A DNA stretch of 64,000 nt from an uncultured Bryobacteraceae bacterium (lineage in GTDB: Bacteria > Acidobacteriota > Terriglobia > Bryobacterales > Bryobacteraceae), in NCBI GenBank assembly GCA_964248405.1, contig CAXTYH010000005.1, positions 41,631 to 105,630 on the forward strand. The letters are read 5' to 3'. The position numbers and the translations under genes were made by a program. This document shows, piece by piece, positions 1 to 8,906 of the stretch. The stretch's first letter is position 1. Each line of letters starts with the position of its first letter. Below the pieces are notes generated by a model. The model had not been told where the DNA came from and did not search any database. It saw only the letters and a program-made list of their open reading frames with translations.

Positions 1-240
1 GAAGCACGCATGATCGGCAAGGTGCTTCCCGCGGTGACGCTCGAAGAGCGCGGCATTGCTCTGACCACCAACTTTCTCCGAGTTCGGCTGACGAGCGTTC
101 CGCTTCCGAATCAGTTGGTAAGAGTTTCTATTCAGGGAGTAGATGAGCTTGGTTTATGGGGAAAGTTATGGTCCGATGAAGCCTTTTCCGCTAAGGCTGG
201 ACAAACTTGCGAGTCAGGTGAATCTTGTGCGGTCGGATAA
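1..240 (+). CDS. 3' end of a gene cut by the window edge; product not assignable (weak, unverified resemblance to the C-terminal tail of MiaB/MtaB-type methylthiotransferases)
   Basis: Frame 1 is open from base 1 to TAA 238-240. ORF-track entry 10..240 is the Met-initiated part. No diagnostic motif. Confidence 0.3.
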   Translation, partial: EARMIGKVLPAVTLEERGIALTTNFLRVRLTSVPLPNQLVRVSIQGVDELGLWGKLWSDEAFSAKAGQTCESGESCAVG

Positions 241-434
241 GGGAAGTGAGCTATCGAAGTCCATTCACGGAGAATGCGGATTTACTTCCTGCCGGTAAGT
301 GTAAGAGCCCACAATCGATCTTCTACACTCCAGATGCATCTCGCCTTCTTCTCTCCGTCCCCGGGCTTCTAAAGTGCTGGTAGAGGCAGGATATACTTTT
401 GGATATACTTGATGGCAGAAGGAGTGATCGCAAA

Positions 435-689
435 ATGATCGGGTCAGGGGCAAGTGCCGTTGCCAAGTGGGGCAACTCCACGGGAGTTCGTATTCCGAAA
501 CAAGTATTGAAAGAAGCTCAAATCGAAGAAGGAGATGAGGTTCTGGTGGAAGCGGAGGCTCCTGGCGTCATTCGGATGCGCCTGGCGCATAGCCCTGCCA
601 CATTGGAAGACCTGGTCTCACGTATCACGCCGGCCAATCGGCATGGTGAGTTGTCGTGGAGCCCTCCGCGGGGTAAGGAAGTCTGGTGA
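435..689 (+). CDS. mazE: MazE/PemI-type antitoxin (AbrB/SpoVT-like fold)
   Basis: AVAKWGNSTGVRIPKQVLKEAQIEEGDEV is the classic MazE/AbrB N-terminal motif. ATG 435 inside ORF 399..689 is preferred. Stop TGA 687-689 overlaps the GTG of the downstream toxin (GTGA). Confidence 0.85.
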   Translation: MIGSGASAVAKWGNSTGVRIPKQVLKEAQIEEGDEVLVEAEAPGVIRMRLAHSPATLEDLVSRITPANRHGELSWSPPRGKEVW

Positions 690-1027
690 GTCGAGGCTGG
701 ATACCCCAGCAGGGAGAGGTAATCTGGCTTGAATGCGACCCGCAAGCAGGGCACGAACAGGCAGGTCACCGGCCCGCTCTCGTTTTATCGAAGCAAGTGT
801 TCAATAAAAGCGGACTTGCCATTGTGTGTCCGGTAACAAGTCAAGTGAAAGGGCACCCTTTTGAGGTTCCTTTGCAGAGGGCAAGCACGCTTTCCGGCGT
901 TGTTCTATCAGACCACGTTAAGTCGCTGGATTGGAGAGCTCGAAAGGCTAAGCTTGCAGAGGCTGCCGATCCCGAGGTTGCGGACCAGGTGTTGCAGTAT
1001 TTAAAGCTTATCTTCGCAATCAAGTGA
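686..1027 (+). CDS. mazF: MazF/PemK-family endoribonuclease toxin
   Basis: 113 aa. GEVIWLECDPQAGHEQAGHRPALVLS and IVCPVTSQVKGHPFEV match the PemK/MazF core blocks. Translationally coupled to mazE. Confidence 0.9.
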   Translation: MSRGWIPQQGEVIWLECDPQAGHEQAGHRPALVLSKQVFNKSGLAIVCPVTSQVKGHPFEVPLQRASTLSGVVLSDHVKSLDWRARKAKLAEAADPEVADQVLQYLKLIFAIK

Positions 1028-1032
1028 TCTAA

Positions 1033-3375
1033 TTGCCCCAAAAGTCAAAATTGCTCAAGCCGAAGTCCGGCGCCCGCGAGCACCTGAACGACCGAACGCT
1101 GCTGGAGCACATTCGCGCGTTGCCGCATGCCAGGGCCACCTATAAGCAGCTGGTCAAAGAGCTGGGGTTAACCGGCGAGAGTCGCGACACTTTGGAAAAA
1201 GTTCTCGATGGCCTGGCCGACAAGGGACTGCTGGTGGAACTGCGGTCCGGGCACTTCATTGCGACCGGCGCCGGCACGGAGTATCTGGCCGGACGGCTGT
1301 CGATTCATCGTGACGGATTCGGCTTTCTGCTTCCCGACCTGGCGCCGGGCGAGCCTTCCACCGGTGACATCTTTCTGCCGCCGAACGAGGCCGGCAAGGG
1401 CATGCACGGGGATCGCGCACTGGTGCAGGTGACCCGGCGCAGCGCCGAGGGTAGGAGCGAAGGCGTTATCATCCGCATCCTGCGACGCGCGCACGCGACC
1501 GTAGTCGGCGAGTTCCGCATTCGGAAACGCGGCAACTTCGTGGTTCCCTCCGACGAGCGGGTGCAGGGGTGGATTGCCATTCCTGAAAGCTGTGAGATCC
1601 CGGCGGCGAACAGCCGGGGCGACCGGGTCGGGGTGGAACGACGCGAGGTGAAGTCGGCCGAAGATCTCGACGGAATGATCGTCAACTGCGAACTGCTCGA
1701 GTTTCCGGAAGACGGCGAGGGGGCAGTGGGGCGCGTGATCGAAGTGCTCGGCCGACCGGATGACTTTGGGGTTGACGTTGAGATCATCATTCGCAAGCAC
1801 CACCTGCCGCATCACTTTCCGGAGCCGGTGATCGAGCAGGCGAGAAGCATCTCTGGAGAGATACCGGCCGAAGAGTACGCCCGGCGGCGCGACTTCCGGT
1901 CTTACGACATTGTCACCATCGATGGCGAGACGGCGCGTGACTTCGACGATGCGGTCTGGGTGGAGCGGCTCGACAATGGGCACTTTGCCCTACAGGTTCA
2001 CATTGCCGATGTGAGCCACTACGTTCGGCCCGGTTCGCCCATCGATACCGAAGGGGTGCTGCGAGGCACGAGCGTTTACTTCCCGGATCGGGCGGTGCCG
2101 ATGCTGCCGGTCGAGCTGTCGACCGATATCTGTTCGCTGCGCCCGGGGGAAGACCGACTGGTCCTGTCGGCGCTCCTTGAGCTGGACGGGCAGGGCGAAG
2201 TGGTGGGGCAGGAGTTCACGCGGGGGGTGATCCGCAGCATGGAGCGCATGACGTACAGCAACGTGCATCGGGTGCTGGAAGGAGATGCGGCGCTGCGCGA
2301 GCGCTACAGCCGGCTGCTCGGACGCTTTGAACTCATGCGCGAGCTGGCGTTGATCCTGAACCGCAAGCGCACCAAACGCGGCTCCATCGATTTCGACATG
2401 CCGGAGAGCAACATTGTGCTGGATCTCTCGGGCCAGATGACCGGTGTGACGCGCGGGGACCGCAACATGGCGCACCGGATTATTGAAGAGTTCATGCTCG
2501 CGGCAAACGAGGCGGTGGCGAGTCACATTGAGACGGCGGGGGTGCCTTCTCTGTACCGCATCCATGAGAAGCCGGAGGGCAAGCGCGTGCTGGACTTCGA
2601 GCAGATTGCCGCTCACTTCGGCTACTCACTGGGTGTCGGCTCCATTCCGGCCAAGAAGTTTCCGGTCACCCACAAGCACCGGGACGGACGCAAGTCGCGG
2701 CGCGACATTATGCTGCCCCAGGACAACTTCGATCTGTCGTCGCGCAACTACCAGCGGCTGATTGGAAAGATCGCCGGTAAACCGGAGGAGCGCATCCTGA
2801 GCTATCTGATGCTGCGGTCGCTCAAGCAAGCGCGGTACAGCAACAAGAACGAGGGACACTTTGCGCTTGCCGCTCCATCGTATACCCACTTCACGTCGCC
2901 AATCAGGCGCTACCCGGACCTGGTGGTGCACCGCGTGCTATCGCAGATGATCGACGGGGGCCGCCCGCCCCTGGACGAGGGGCAATTGCATGAGCTGGGC
3001 AGTGACACCAGTTTCACCGAACGCCGGGCTGCCGAAGCCGAGCGCGAGCTGGTGGAGTGGAAGAAGGTCAAGTTTATGCAGGATCGGGTGGGCGATGAGT
3101 TCGAGGCGCTTATCATCAGCACCGCGAAGTTCGGCTTCTTTGTGGAACTCAGCGATCTGTTCGTGGAGGGTCTGGTGCCGCTGGAAACGTTGGGAGATGA
3201 CCGCTACACGTACCACGAGAATGGGCGGCAGATCATTGGCGAACGAAGCCGCCGGGTCTTTGCGATTGGGGATGCGGTCCGCGTGAGGCTGGACCGGGCC
3301 GATACGGTAGAACGCAAACTGCAATTTGCGTTGGCCGGGGAGGGAGTTCGCCGCAAGCGGAAGCGCAAAGAGTAA
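1033..3375 (+). CDS. rnr: ribonuclease R (3'-5' exoribonuclease, RNB + S1 domains)
   Basis: 780 aa. RNB signatures IDGETARDFDDAVWVE, GTSVYFPDRAVPMLP and HFALAAPSYTHFTSPIRRYPDLVVHR. C-terminal S1 domain (GDEFEALIISTAKFGFFVEL) and a basic tail. TTG start lies 5 nt after the mazF stop. Confidence 0.95.
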   Translation: MPQKSKLLKPKSGAREHLNDRTLLEHIRALPHARATYKQLVKELGLTGESRDTLEKVLDGLADKGLLVELRSGHFIATGAGTEYLAGRLSIHRDGFGFLLPDLAPGEPSTGDIFLPPNEAGKGMHGDRALVQVTRRSAEGRSEGVIIRILRRAHATVVGEFRIRKRGNFVVPSDERVQGWIAIPESCEIPAANSRGDRVGVERREVKSAEDLDGMIVNCELLEFPEDGEGAVGRVIEVLGRPDDFGVDVEIIIRKHHLPHHFPEPVIEQARSISGEIPAEEYARRRDFRSYDIVTIDGETARDFDDAVWVERLDNGHFALQVHIADVSHYVRPGSPIDTEGVLRGTSVYFPDRAVPMLPVELSTDICSLRPGEDRLVLSALLELDGQGEVVGQEFTRGVIRSMERMTYSNVHRVLEGDAALRERYSRLLGRFELMRELALILNRKRTKRGSIDFDMPESNIVLDLSGQMTGVTRGDRNMAHRIIEEFMLAANEAVASHIETAGVPSLYRIHEKPEGKRVLDFEQIAAHFGYSLGVGSIPAKKFPVTHKHRDGRKSRRDIMLPQDNFDLSSRNYQRLIGKIAGKPEERILSYLMLRSLKQARYSNKNEGHFALAAPSYTHFTSPIRRYPDLVVHRVLSQMIDGGRPPLDEGQLHELGSDTSFTERRAAEAERELVEWKKVKFMQDRVGDEFEALIISTAKFGFFVELSDLFVEGLVPLETLGDDRYTYHENGRQIIGERSRRVFAIGDAVRVRLDRADTVERKLQFALAGEGVRRKRKRKE

Positions 3376-3453
3376 GGGGCGGCGCGGAACCCGGCACGGA
3401 GGGCGTGATCGAGTCGGCATTGAAAACAACGCGGGCGACCGATGCCACCGGGC

Positions 3454-4266
3454 TCAGTCAAGCACGCGAACAAACTCGGCTACCACCTGGTACTTGTCTT
3501 CTTCTTCGTCCAGATCCCACGAAGGGTAGGCCGGGTTCAGGCTTTCCAGGCGAATGCGAGTTTGGGCAAAGCCGTCTTCGGCCATCCGTTTTTCGCTCTT
3601 GTAGCGCTTCACTGTGTACTGGTTGTCGTCGGCCAGGGCGGAATTGCGAACCAGAACAAGGCGGTTGTTGCGCGAGCCGACAACATTCCGACGAAAGACG
3701 CACAGGCTCCCGTCCGGGATGCGTGGCTCCATGGAATGGCCGCGGATCTCAGCCACAAACATGTCGTCATCCAGGGCCAGATCGGGCGGCGTCTCAAGCC
3801 ACTCCTCCGCGCTGACCTCTTCCGGATTGGTCAAGAACGGGCCGGCAGCCACCGCCAGGGAGTAGCGGGGCAGGTGCGTCCGGAACTGCAGGACGTTCGC
3901 GGGCACGTGCTCCCGGTAGAGTTCGCTCAGCTTCTTGTCGAAATCGCGGACGGCCACGGCCTCGCGATCGGTGACGCGCAGTGAATTGGAAGCATCCGAT
4001 TCGAGCCGTTCGAGCACAGCCGCTGCCCCCTCCTCCTGCCCTAGGGAGTGCAGATCGTCTTCCAGTTCGGCCAGAACCTCTACGTCTTCTGCGCCGGCCA
4101 GGCGGGCCCAATCGCGCCGGAGCCGGACATAGAGCGCATCGCTCACCGGATCGCGCAGGAGGACGCCGATGGTCTCCAGGCCGCGTCCGGGCAGTTCGGA
4201 CAGCAGCAGCGAGTACTGTCCCTGCTTCGGGAGGTAGTCGCGCATGCTGATGACGCGGGCTGACAT
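3454..4266 (-). CDS. S24-family (LexA/UmuD-like) self-cleaving peptidase with an unrecognised N-terminal domain
   Basis: 270 aa. The C-terminal half has the Ser-Lys dyad context (IRGHSMEPRIPDGSLCVF ... YTVKRY), preceded by a LexA-like cleavage-site string LAVAAGPF. The N-terminal ~135 aa shows no helix-turn-helix that I can recognise. Confidence 0.8.
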   Translation of the reverse strand: MSARVISMRDYLPKQGQYSLLLSELPGRGLETIGVLLRDPVSDALYVRLRRDWARLAGAEDVEVLAELEDDLHSLGQEEGAAAVLERLESDASNSLRVTDREAVAVRDFDKKLSELYREHVPANVLQFRTHLPRYSLAVAAGPFLTNPEEVSAEEWLETPPDLALDDDMFVAEIRGHSMEPRIPDGSLCVFRRNVVGSRNNRLVLVRNSALADDNQYTVKRYKSEKRMAEDGFAQTRIRLESLNPAYPSWDLDEEEDKYQVVAEFVRVLD

Positions 4267-4474
4267 GGCAGCTTTCAGCTTATCTCCCCGTGGCTGCTTT
4301 GGCTATTCGGGGCTCCCATGGGAGTACTAGGCGCTTGTTTCGTCTGGGGAAAGGGTAATGTGTTTGCGTCGAAATTGCCTGGCCAATCGAGCTCCCAATG
4401 GAACCCCCCCAAGGAATTGTCTGAGAGGTTCGTCCTCCCGGGCTAACTCTCAGGATGTGTCACTCTTTCCATGA

Positions 4475-4777
4475 TTGGCCAGGCAGATGATTGGCCAGAC
4501 GACCGCTATCTTGTTTGTGCTTCTGCTGCTGGTAGGGGCGTTGTGGGTTCTTCGCCGCAAGGGTCTGGCTACGGTGAACTTTGCCCTTGGCAAGAGACTG
4601 GGCCGGGAGCGACTCATGCAAGTGATTGAACGTGTTCCTCTCACAACGCATCACTCGCTGCACCTGGTTCGTATCCAGGACAGAGTGATACTCATTGGAG
4701 TCTCGCCGTCCAGCTGCCGGGAGATCGATTCTTTCCCGGCCTCGTATGCGGGTTGGGACGCGGGGGAAGAGCAGTGA
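4475..4777 (+). CDS. fliO: FliO-like flagellar/T3SS export-gate assembly protein
   Basis: 100 aa. Single N-terminal TM helix (TAILFVLLLLVGALWVL) followed by RRKG and the block SLHLVRIQDRVILIGVS typical of FliO. Its 3' end overlaps the fliP start. Confidence 0.5.
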   Translation: MARQMIGQTTAILFVLLLLVGALWVLRRKGLATVNFALGKRLGRERLMQVIERVPLTTHHSLHLVRIQDRVILIGVSPSSCREIDSFPASYAGWDAGEEQ

Positions 4778-5535
4778 ATTTTCTCCGGCTCGTAGCGCTC
4801 GCGGCAGGAACGGTGGCCTTAGCGGCGGCCGCTCCCGCCACTTCGGCTTCCTCCTCCACCCTCTCGTCGCTGGGGGTGACAGCGGCCGGCGGCGCACACG
4901 GGGTTACGCTCAGCGCGCCGATGCAGATTGCACTCGGGCTGACGCTGCTGACCATGCTGCCGGCCGCGTTCATGTGCGTGACGCCATTTCTGCGCATCAC
5001 CGTCGTGCTGCACTTCCTGCGGCAGGCACTGGGGACGCAGTCTGCGCCGTCCAACCAGGTCTTGCTGGGGCTGGCGCTGTTCCTGTCCCTCCTGGTGGTG
5101 CAGCCCATGTTTTCGGAAGTATACTCAACCGCGTGGCAGCCGCTGGAAGACGGCAAGATTACCACCGAGCAGGCGATGGACAATGCGTCGGCGCCGCTCC
5201 GTAAGTTTCTGCTCCGCTTCGCCAGGGAGCGGGACATACACCTGTTTGTGGAGATCTCCAAGCAGCCGCTGCCGCATAACGCCGGCGAGCTGAACTTGCG
5301 CGTGCTGATTCCCGCCTACATCCTTTCGGAGTTGAAGGCGGGCTTTCAGATCGGCGCAGTGCTGTTCCTGCCGTTTCTGGTGATTGATATTGTGGTGGCC
5401 TCCATCACGCTTTCCATCGGCATGATGCAGCTGCCCCCGGCCATGGTGTCGGCCCCGTTCAAGATCCTGCTGTTCGTGCTGGTAGACGGGTGGAACCTGG
5501 TCGTCGGTTCACTGATGAAAAGCTTCTTTCAATAA
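4753..5535 (+). CDS. fliP: flagellar type III export-gate protein FliP (SctR family)
   Basis: FliP blocks TPFLRITVVLHFLRQALGTQSAPSNQVLLGLALFLS, IPAYILSELKAGFQIG and MMQLPPAMVSAPFKILLFVLVDGW. The track start is TTG 4753. In-frame GTG 4774, overlapping the fliO stop (GTGA), is an equally good start. Confidence 0.9.
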   Translation: MGRGGRAVNFLRLVALAAGTVALAAAAPATSASSSTLSSLGVTAAGGAHGVTLSAPMQIALGLTLLTMLPAAFMCVTPFLRITVVLHFLRQALGTQSAPSNQVLLGLALFLSLLVVQPMFSEVYSTAWQPLEDGKITTEQAMDNASAPLRKFLLRFARERDIHLFVEISKQPLPHNAGELNLRVLIPAYILSELKAGFQIGAVLFLPFLVIDIVVASITLSIGMMQLPPAMVSAPFKILLFVLVDGWNLVVGSLMKSFFQ

Positions 5536-5682
5536 ACGCCGCCGGGCTACCCAACAGCTTCGACCGAGTTTTAGTACTTTTACCAGTCACGCTGGACCAT
5601 TTGCCGCAACCTGCGCCATCAACAGTCATCACACTGCTGAGCACATTCCGCGCTCCATCACAGTAAAAAAAGGATTTCCGCG

Positions 5683-6561
5683 TTGGCACAACTAAAGAGA
5701 GTCGGCTTTGTTGGATTGGGAGCAATGGCCAAGCTGATGGCGAAGTGTTTGACTGACGCAGGCTTCGCTGTCGTGGCGTTCGATCCAGCGCAGCACGGGC
5801 CGGAACTTGACGGCATCAAGCTGTTTCCCGACGCCGCAGCGCTAGCCCGGGAGGTGGACGCCGTCATCGTTTCGGTGCCGGCCGATAGCGCCCTCGAGCA
5901 ATCGACGGAGGGACCGAAGGGCGTTCTGGAGGGTGCGCGTGAGGGCCTTCTGCTTCTGAACACAAGCACGGTTTCAGTGGAGGCGTCCCAGAAGCTTGCG
6001 GGAGCGGCCAGGAAGCGAGGAGTGCGCTTCGTTGAAGTCCCGGTTTCGGGAAGCACGCCGCAAGCGAAGGAAGGCAAGCTGGTGGTACTGGCGGGCGGGG
6101 AGGCGGCTGACATTGCTTACGCTGCGCCGCTGTTGGACGCCATCGGCCAAAAGACAATTCACGTCGGTCCGGTCGGCCAAGCCCTGGTGCTGAAATACAT
6201 TGTGAACGGCATCATGGCGCTCAGCGTCGCGGGCCTCGCCGAGGGCATCGCTTACGGAGTGTCAGCTGGTCTGGACCGTGACTTTCTCTTTGACACGCTC
6301 AAAGGTCTGACGTTGATCTCCGAACACGACCGTCCGAAATTAGACACGGCGAAGGCAAAGTCTTATTCCTCTCAGTTTCCGACCAGACTTTTGGTGAAGG
6401 ATTTGGGCCTTCTCCTCACGCACTCCAGCCAACAAGGCGTGCCGATGGCCAGCATGGCGGCAGCTTCGCAGCTGTACGCGCTGGCAGCAGGGAGGCACGC
6501 CGACGACGACTATTCCTCCGCTATCGCGACGATGGAGAAATTCGGCAGTCAGAAGCCGTAA
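5683..6561 (+). CDS. NAD(P)-dependent oxidoreductase, 3-hydroxyisobutyrate/6-phosphogluconate dehydrogenase-like
   Basis: 292 aa. N-terminal Rossmann motif GFVGLGAMAKLMAKCL and the family layout. TTG start. Confidence 0.85.
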   Translation: MAQLKRVGFVGLGAMAKLMAKCLTDAGFAVVAFDPAQHGPELDGIKLFPDAAALAREVDAVIVSVPADSALEQSTEGPKGVLEGAREGLLLLNTSTVSVEASQKLAGAARKRGVRFVEVPVSGSTPQAKEGKLVVLAGGEAADIAYAAPLLDAIGQKTIHVGPVGQALVLKYIVNGIMALSVAGLAEGIAYGVSAGLDRDFLFDTLKGLTLISEHDRPKLDTAKAKSYSSQFPTRLLVKDLGLLLTHSSQQGVPMASMAAASQLYALAAGRHADDDYSSAIATMEKFGSQKP

Positions 6562-6579
6562 GGCTCCCGTAAGTACGCG

Positions 6580-7308
6580 CTAACTGGTGTGGGCGTTTTC
6601 CGGGGCCGAGGACAGGCCGGTGGGTACTGCCTTTAATCGGAAGATGCACCAGCCGGTGATAGCAATTTCAAAGCCGATAAACACAATGGAGATCGCTTCG
6701 GCAATCCAAGCCGGTTGGATGAGCGGCGCCAGCACGGTAAAGAAGCAGTAAAGGGCCTCGGCAGCAAAGGAAAGCTCATAGAAGTACATCCACACAACCG
6801 TATTGTTGGGGCGCTCCAGCGGCTGGGCGCGGAGCACACGGTGAATGGTGATGAGGAAGGCAAGGGAGGCGGTGGAAGCGCCCGCCCACAGCACCAGGGC
6901 CATGGTGATGACCATGGGTGAGGCTGGGGCGTTGGCGGCGTCGCTGCTGTCGACCATGGCGCCCATGACAAGACCGAAGATCACGGCAAAAAAAACGCCC
7001 GAGATCAGGCGGCCAGCGGCGAAGCGTCGAAGCTTTCCAATGTGGAGGTCGATCTCTTCGAAAACGTCCCAGGCGACCAGGGGAAAGACGATGGCGTAGA
7101 TGAAGCGGGAGTAGAGAAAGACACGGCTCTCGGCTGGGGAATCTCCGTGCAGCAGCAGGCTGGCAACGTCAAAGAGCAGGGACAGGACGCAGGCCAGAGT
7201 GATGAAAAGATAAACACGATTGAGCCGCAGCAGCAGCACGCGCAGCAGCAACAGAGCGTCGACGGCGGTTCCCGCAATTTCCATCCAGTGAGTAGCTTGA
7301 GTCAACAT
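6580..7308 (-). CDS. polytopic membrane protein, unknown function
   Basis: 242 aa with about seven hydrophobic segments. No recognised family. Confidence 0.6.
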   Translation of the reverse strand: MLTQATHWMEIAGTAVDALLLLRVLLLRLNRVYLFITLACVLSLLFDVASLLLHGDSPAESRVFLYSRFIYAIVFPLVAWDVFEEIDLHIGKLRRFAAGRLISGVFFAVIFGLVMGAMVDSSDAANAPASPMVITMALVLWAGASTASLAFLITIHRVLRAQPLERPNNTVVWMYFYELSFAAEALYCFFTVLAPLIQPAWIAEAISIVFIGFEIAITGWCIFRLKAVPTGLSSAPENAHTS

Positions 7309-7369
7309 CCAACTACCCTTATTTGAACCTATTCGGGAAAAGGGTGACCACCGCCGACAATTTCTGTGG

Positions 7370-8020
7370 TTAGACGATGGGTACCAGCGCCGGAATAGTC
7401 AGCAGATCGATCGGCTTGCCCGCTTCGGCTTCTTCGGCGTTCAAGGCAAAAGTCGTGGCATCGATGATGGTACGGGCGAGCGGATAGTACGGTGCGGCAG
7501 CGGGAATGGTTTGCGCGATGGCGGCCGCGATCTGCAGCTCAGCCAGGACGTCAGAGACGCTGATGTTGGCGCGAGCGGCGCGCTGTCGAATGTGCAGCGC
7601 GTTTGTGCGAACCGCTGCGGTTTGGCCGGGTGGAACATGAAGCTCGGATTGCAGAGCGGTCTCCAGCAGCACTATGGCCGCTGTCAGGTTGCTCAGGCTG
7701 GGCGCAAGGCCTCCCTCGTTCTGAGTTTCGCGATAGAACGTATAGGCGGTGAGTGCGTCGTTGTAGGCCTTGACGGAGTCGTTGAAGGCTGGCCGGTAGC
7801 GAGGGTAGCCTTGCGGGATGGAGGCGCGTAGCGACGTGAGAACCCCGTGAGCAAGCGTCAGAGAGTCGTAGGTCGCACCGTCGAAAACATTGATCTGGTT
7901 GGGATGAACCGGTTGATTGTGGCAGCCGGTCGTGCAGAGGATTCCTGCGATCAGGGTGAGGGTACCCGCCACTGATCCGATGCGTTGTGAAATGGTCATA
8001 CTGCGCACCACCCTAGGCAC
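7370..8020 (-). CDS. putative lipoprotein, unknown function
   Basis: 216 aa. Lipobox-like LIAGILCTTGC near the N-terminus. Ala/Leu-rich helical remainder. Confidence 0.55.
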   Translation of the reverse strand: MPRVVRSMTISQRIGSVAGTLTLIAGILCTTGCHNQPVHPNQINVFDGATYDSLTLAHGVLTSLRASIPQGYPRYRPAFNDSVKAYNDALTAYTFYRETQNEGGLAPSLSNLTAAIVLLETALQSELHVPPGQTAAVRTNALHIRQRAARANISVSDVLAELQIAAAIAQTIPAAAPYYPLARTIIDATTFALNAEEAEAGKPIDLLTIPALVPIV

Positions 8021-8225
8021 CCGGGGGGTTTGCCAGTACGGGCAAGTACGTGTAAGTGGTTGAAGAGCGAAACACTTGGGGGATCAACGGGGCTCGTGAC
8101 TGCCCCCTAGTTTGCCCGGTACGGGTAGGGGAGCGCTCGTAGTCGCAACAGTGGAGGAGGAACTATTCGGCTGTCGCCGCCATCTAATCATCGGGTAGCA
8201 GGGGAGAACAGACGGAGGGTTGAAA

Positions 8226-8876
8226 ATGCTGAGAAGGTTTGGGGTTGCGGCTGGGTGCGTTGTAGCGGGGTTGTTGCTGGGAGTTCCGAGTCCGGCGGCC
8301 GCGCAGGGTATGGGCTATGGAGGGGGGTGGGCGGCGCCCGCGTATCCGTACGCCGGCGGCAACGCTTGCGCTGGACCATACAGTGATCCCTATGCCTGCG
8401 GGTCTCCGAATGCTTATGGCTATGATCCGTATGCGTACGGGTATGGTTACGACCCTTATGCCTACGGAGCTGGGTACGGCGGATATGGCGGTTACCCCTA
8501 CGTTTCGTTCTACGCCGGGTTTGGCTTTCCCTTCTTCGGGGGCTATGGATATGGCGGCTATGGCTACGGAGGCGGCTACGGATACCGCAGTGGGTACGGC
8601 GGATATGGCGGTTACCGGGGCGGCGGCTACGGGAATGGGTATCGTGGCGGCTACGGTTACAGCAATGGGTACCGGGGCGGTTACGGTTACAGCAATGGGT
8701 ATCGGGGCAGCTCCAACGGATATCGCTCAGGCTCATTTGCCATTCGGGGCAGCTATGGAGGAGGACGTGGCTTTTCCGGCGCAGCTCACTTTTCCGGCGG
8801 CTCACGCGGCTTTAGCGGTGGGGGCGGATTTCACAGTAGCGGTGGTTCTCGCGGTGGCGGCGGCGGCCGACGCTAG
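8226..8876 (+). CDS. secreted Gly/Tyr/Arg-rich low-complexity protein
   Basis: Signal peptide (MLRRFGVAAGCVVAGLLLGVPSPAAAQG), then about 185 aa that are almost only G, Y, R, S, N, P, A and F (GYGYDPYAYG, GGYGYSNGYR repeats, GGSRGFSGGGGF tail). GGAGGG lies 8 nt upstream of ATG 8226. The track start TTG 8220 is also possible. Confidence 0.7.
   Translation: MLRRFGVAAGCVVAGLLLGVPSPAAAQGMGYGGGWAAPAYPYAGGNACAGPYSDPYACGSPNAYGYDPYAYGYGYDPYAYGAGYGGYGGYPYVSFYAGFGFPFFGGYGYGGYGYGGGYGYRSGYGGYGGYRGGGYGNGYRGGYGYSNGYRGGYGYSNGYRGSSNGYRSGSFAIRGSYGGGRGFSGAAHFSGGSRGFSGGGGFHSSGGSRGGGGGRR
8622..8705 (+). repeat. in-frame coding tandem repeat (24 nt partial unit + 2 x 30 nt) encoding GGYG(YS)NGYR
   Basis: ggcggctacggttacagcaatgggtaccgg (8646-8675) is followed by ggcggttacggttacagcaatgggtatcgg (8676-8705). 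It is preceded by a shorter related unit at 8622-8645. Confidence 0.85.
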
Positions 8877-8906
8877 GATAAGCTATCATCCCTTGCCGGC
8901 ACGAAG

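Noticed and set aside
1168-1983. 271-aa antisense ORF (and several others) inside rnr
   Set aside because: It lies fully inside a gene with unmistakable RNase R motifs on the other strand. Its Arg/Ala/Pro/Gly-rich composition is typical of spurious open frames in GC-rich DNA.
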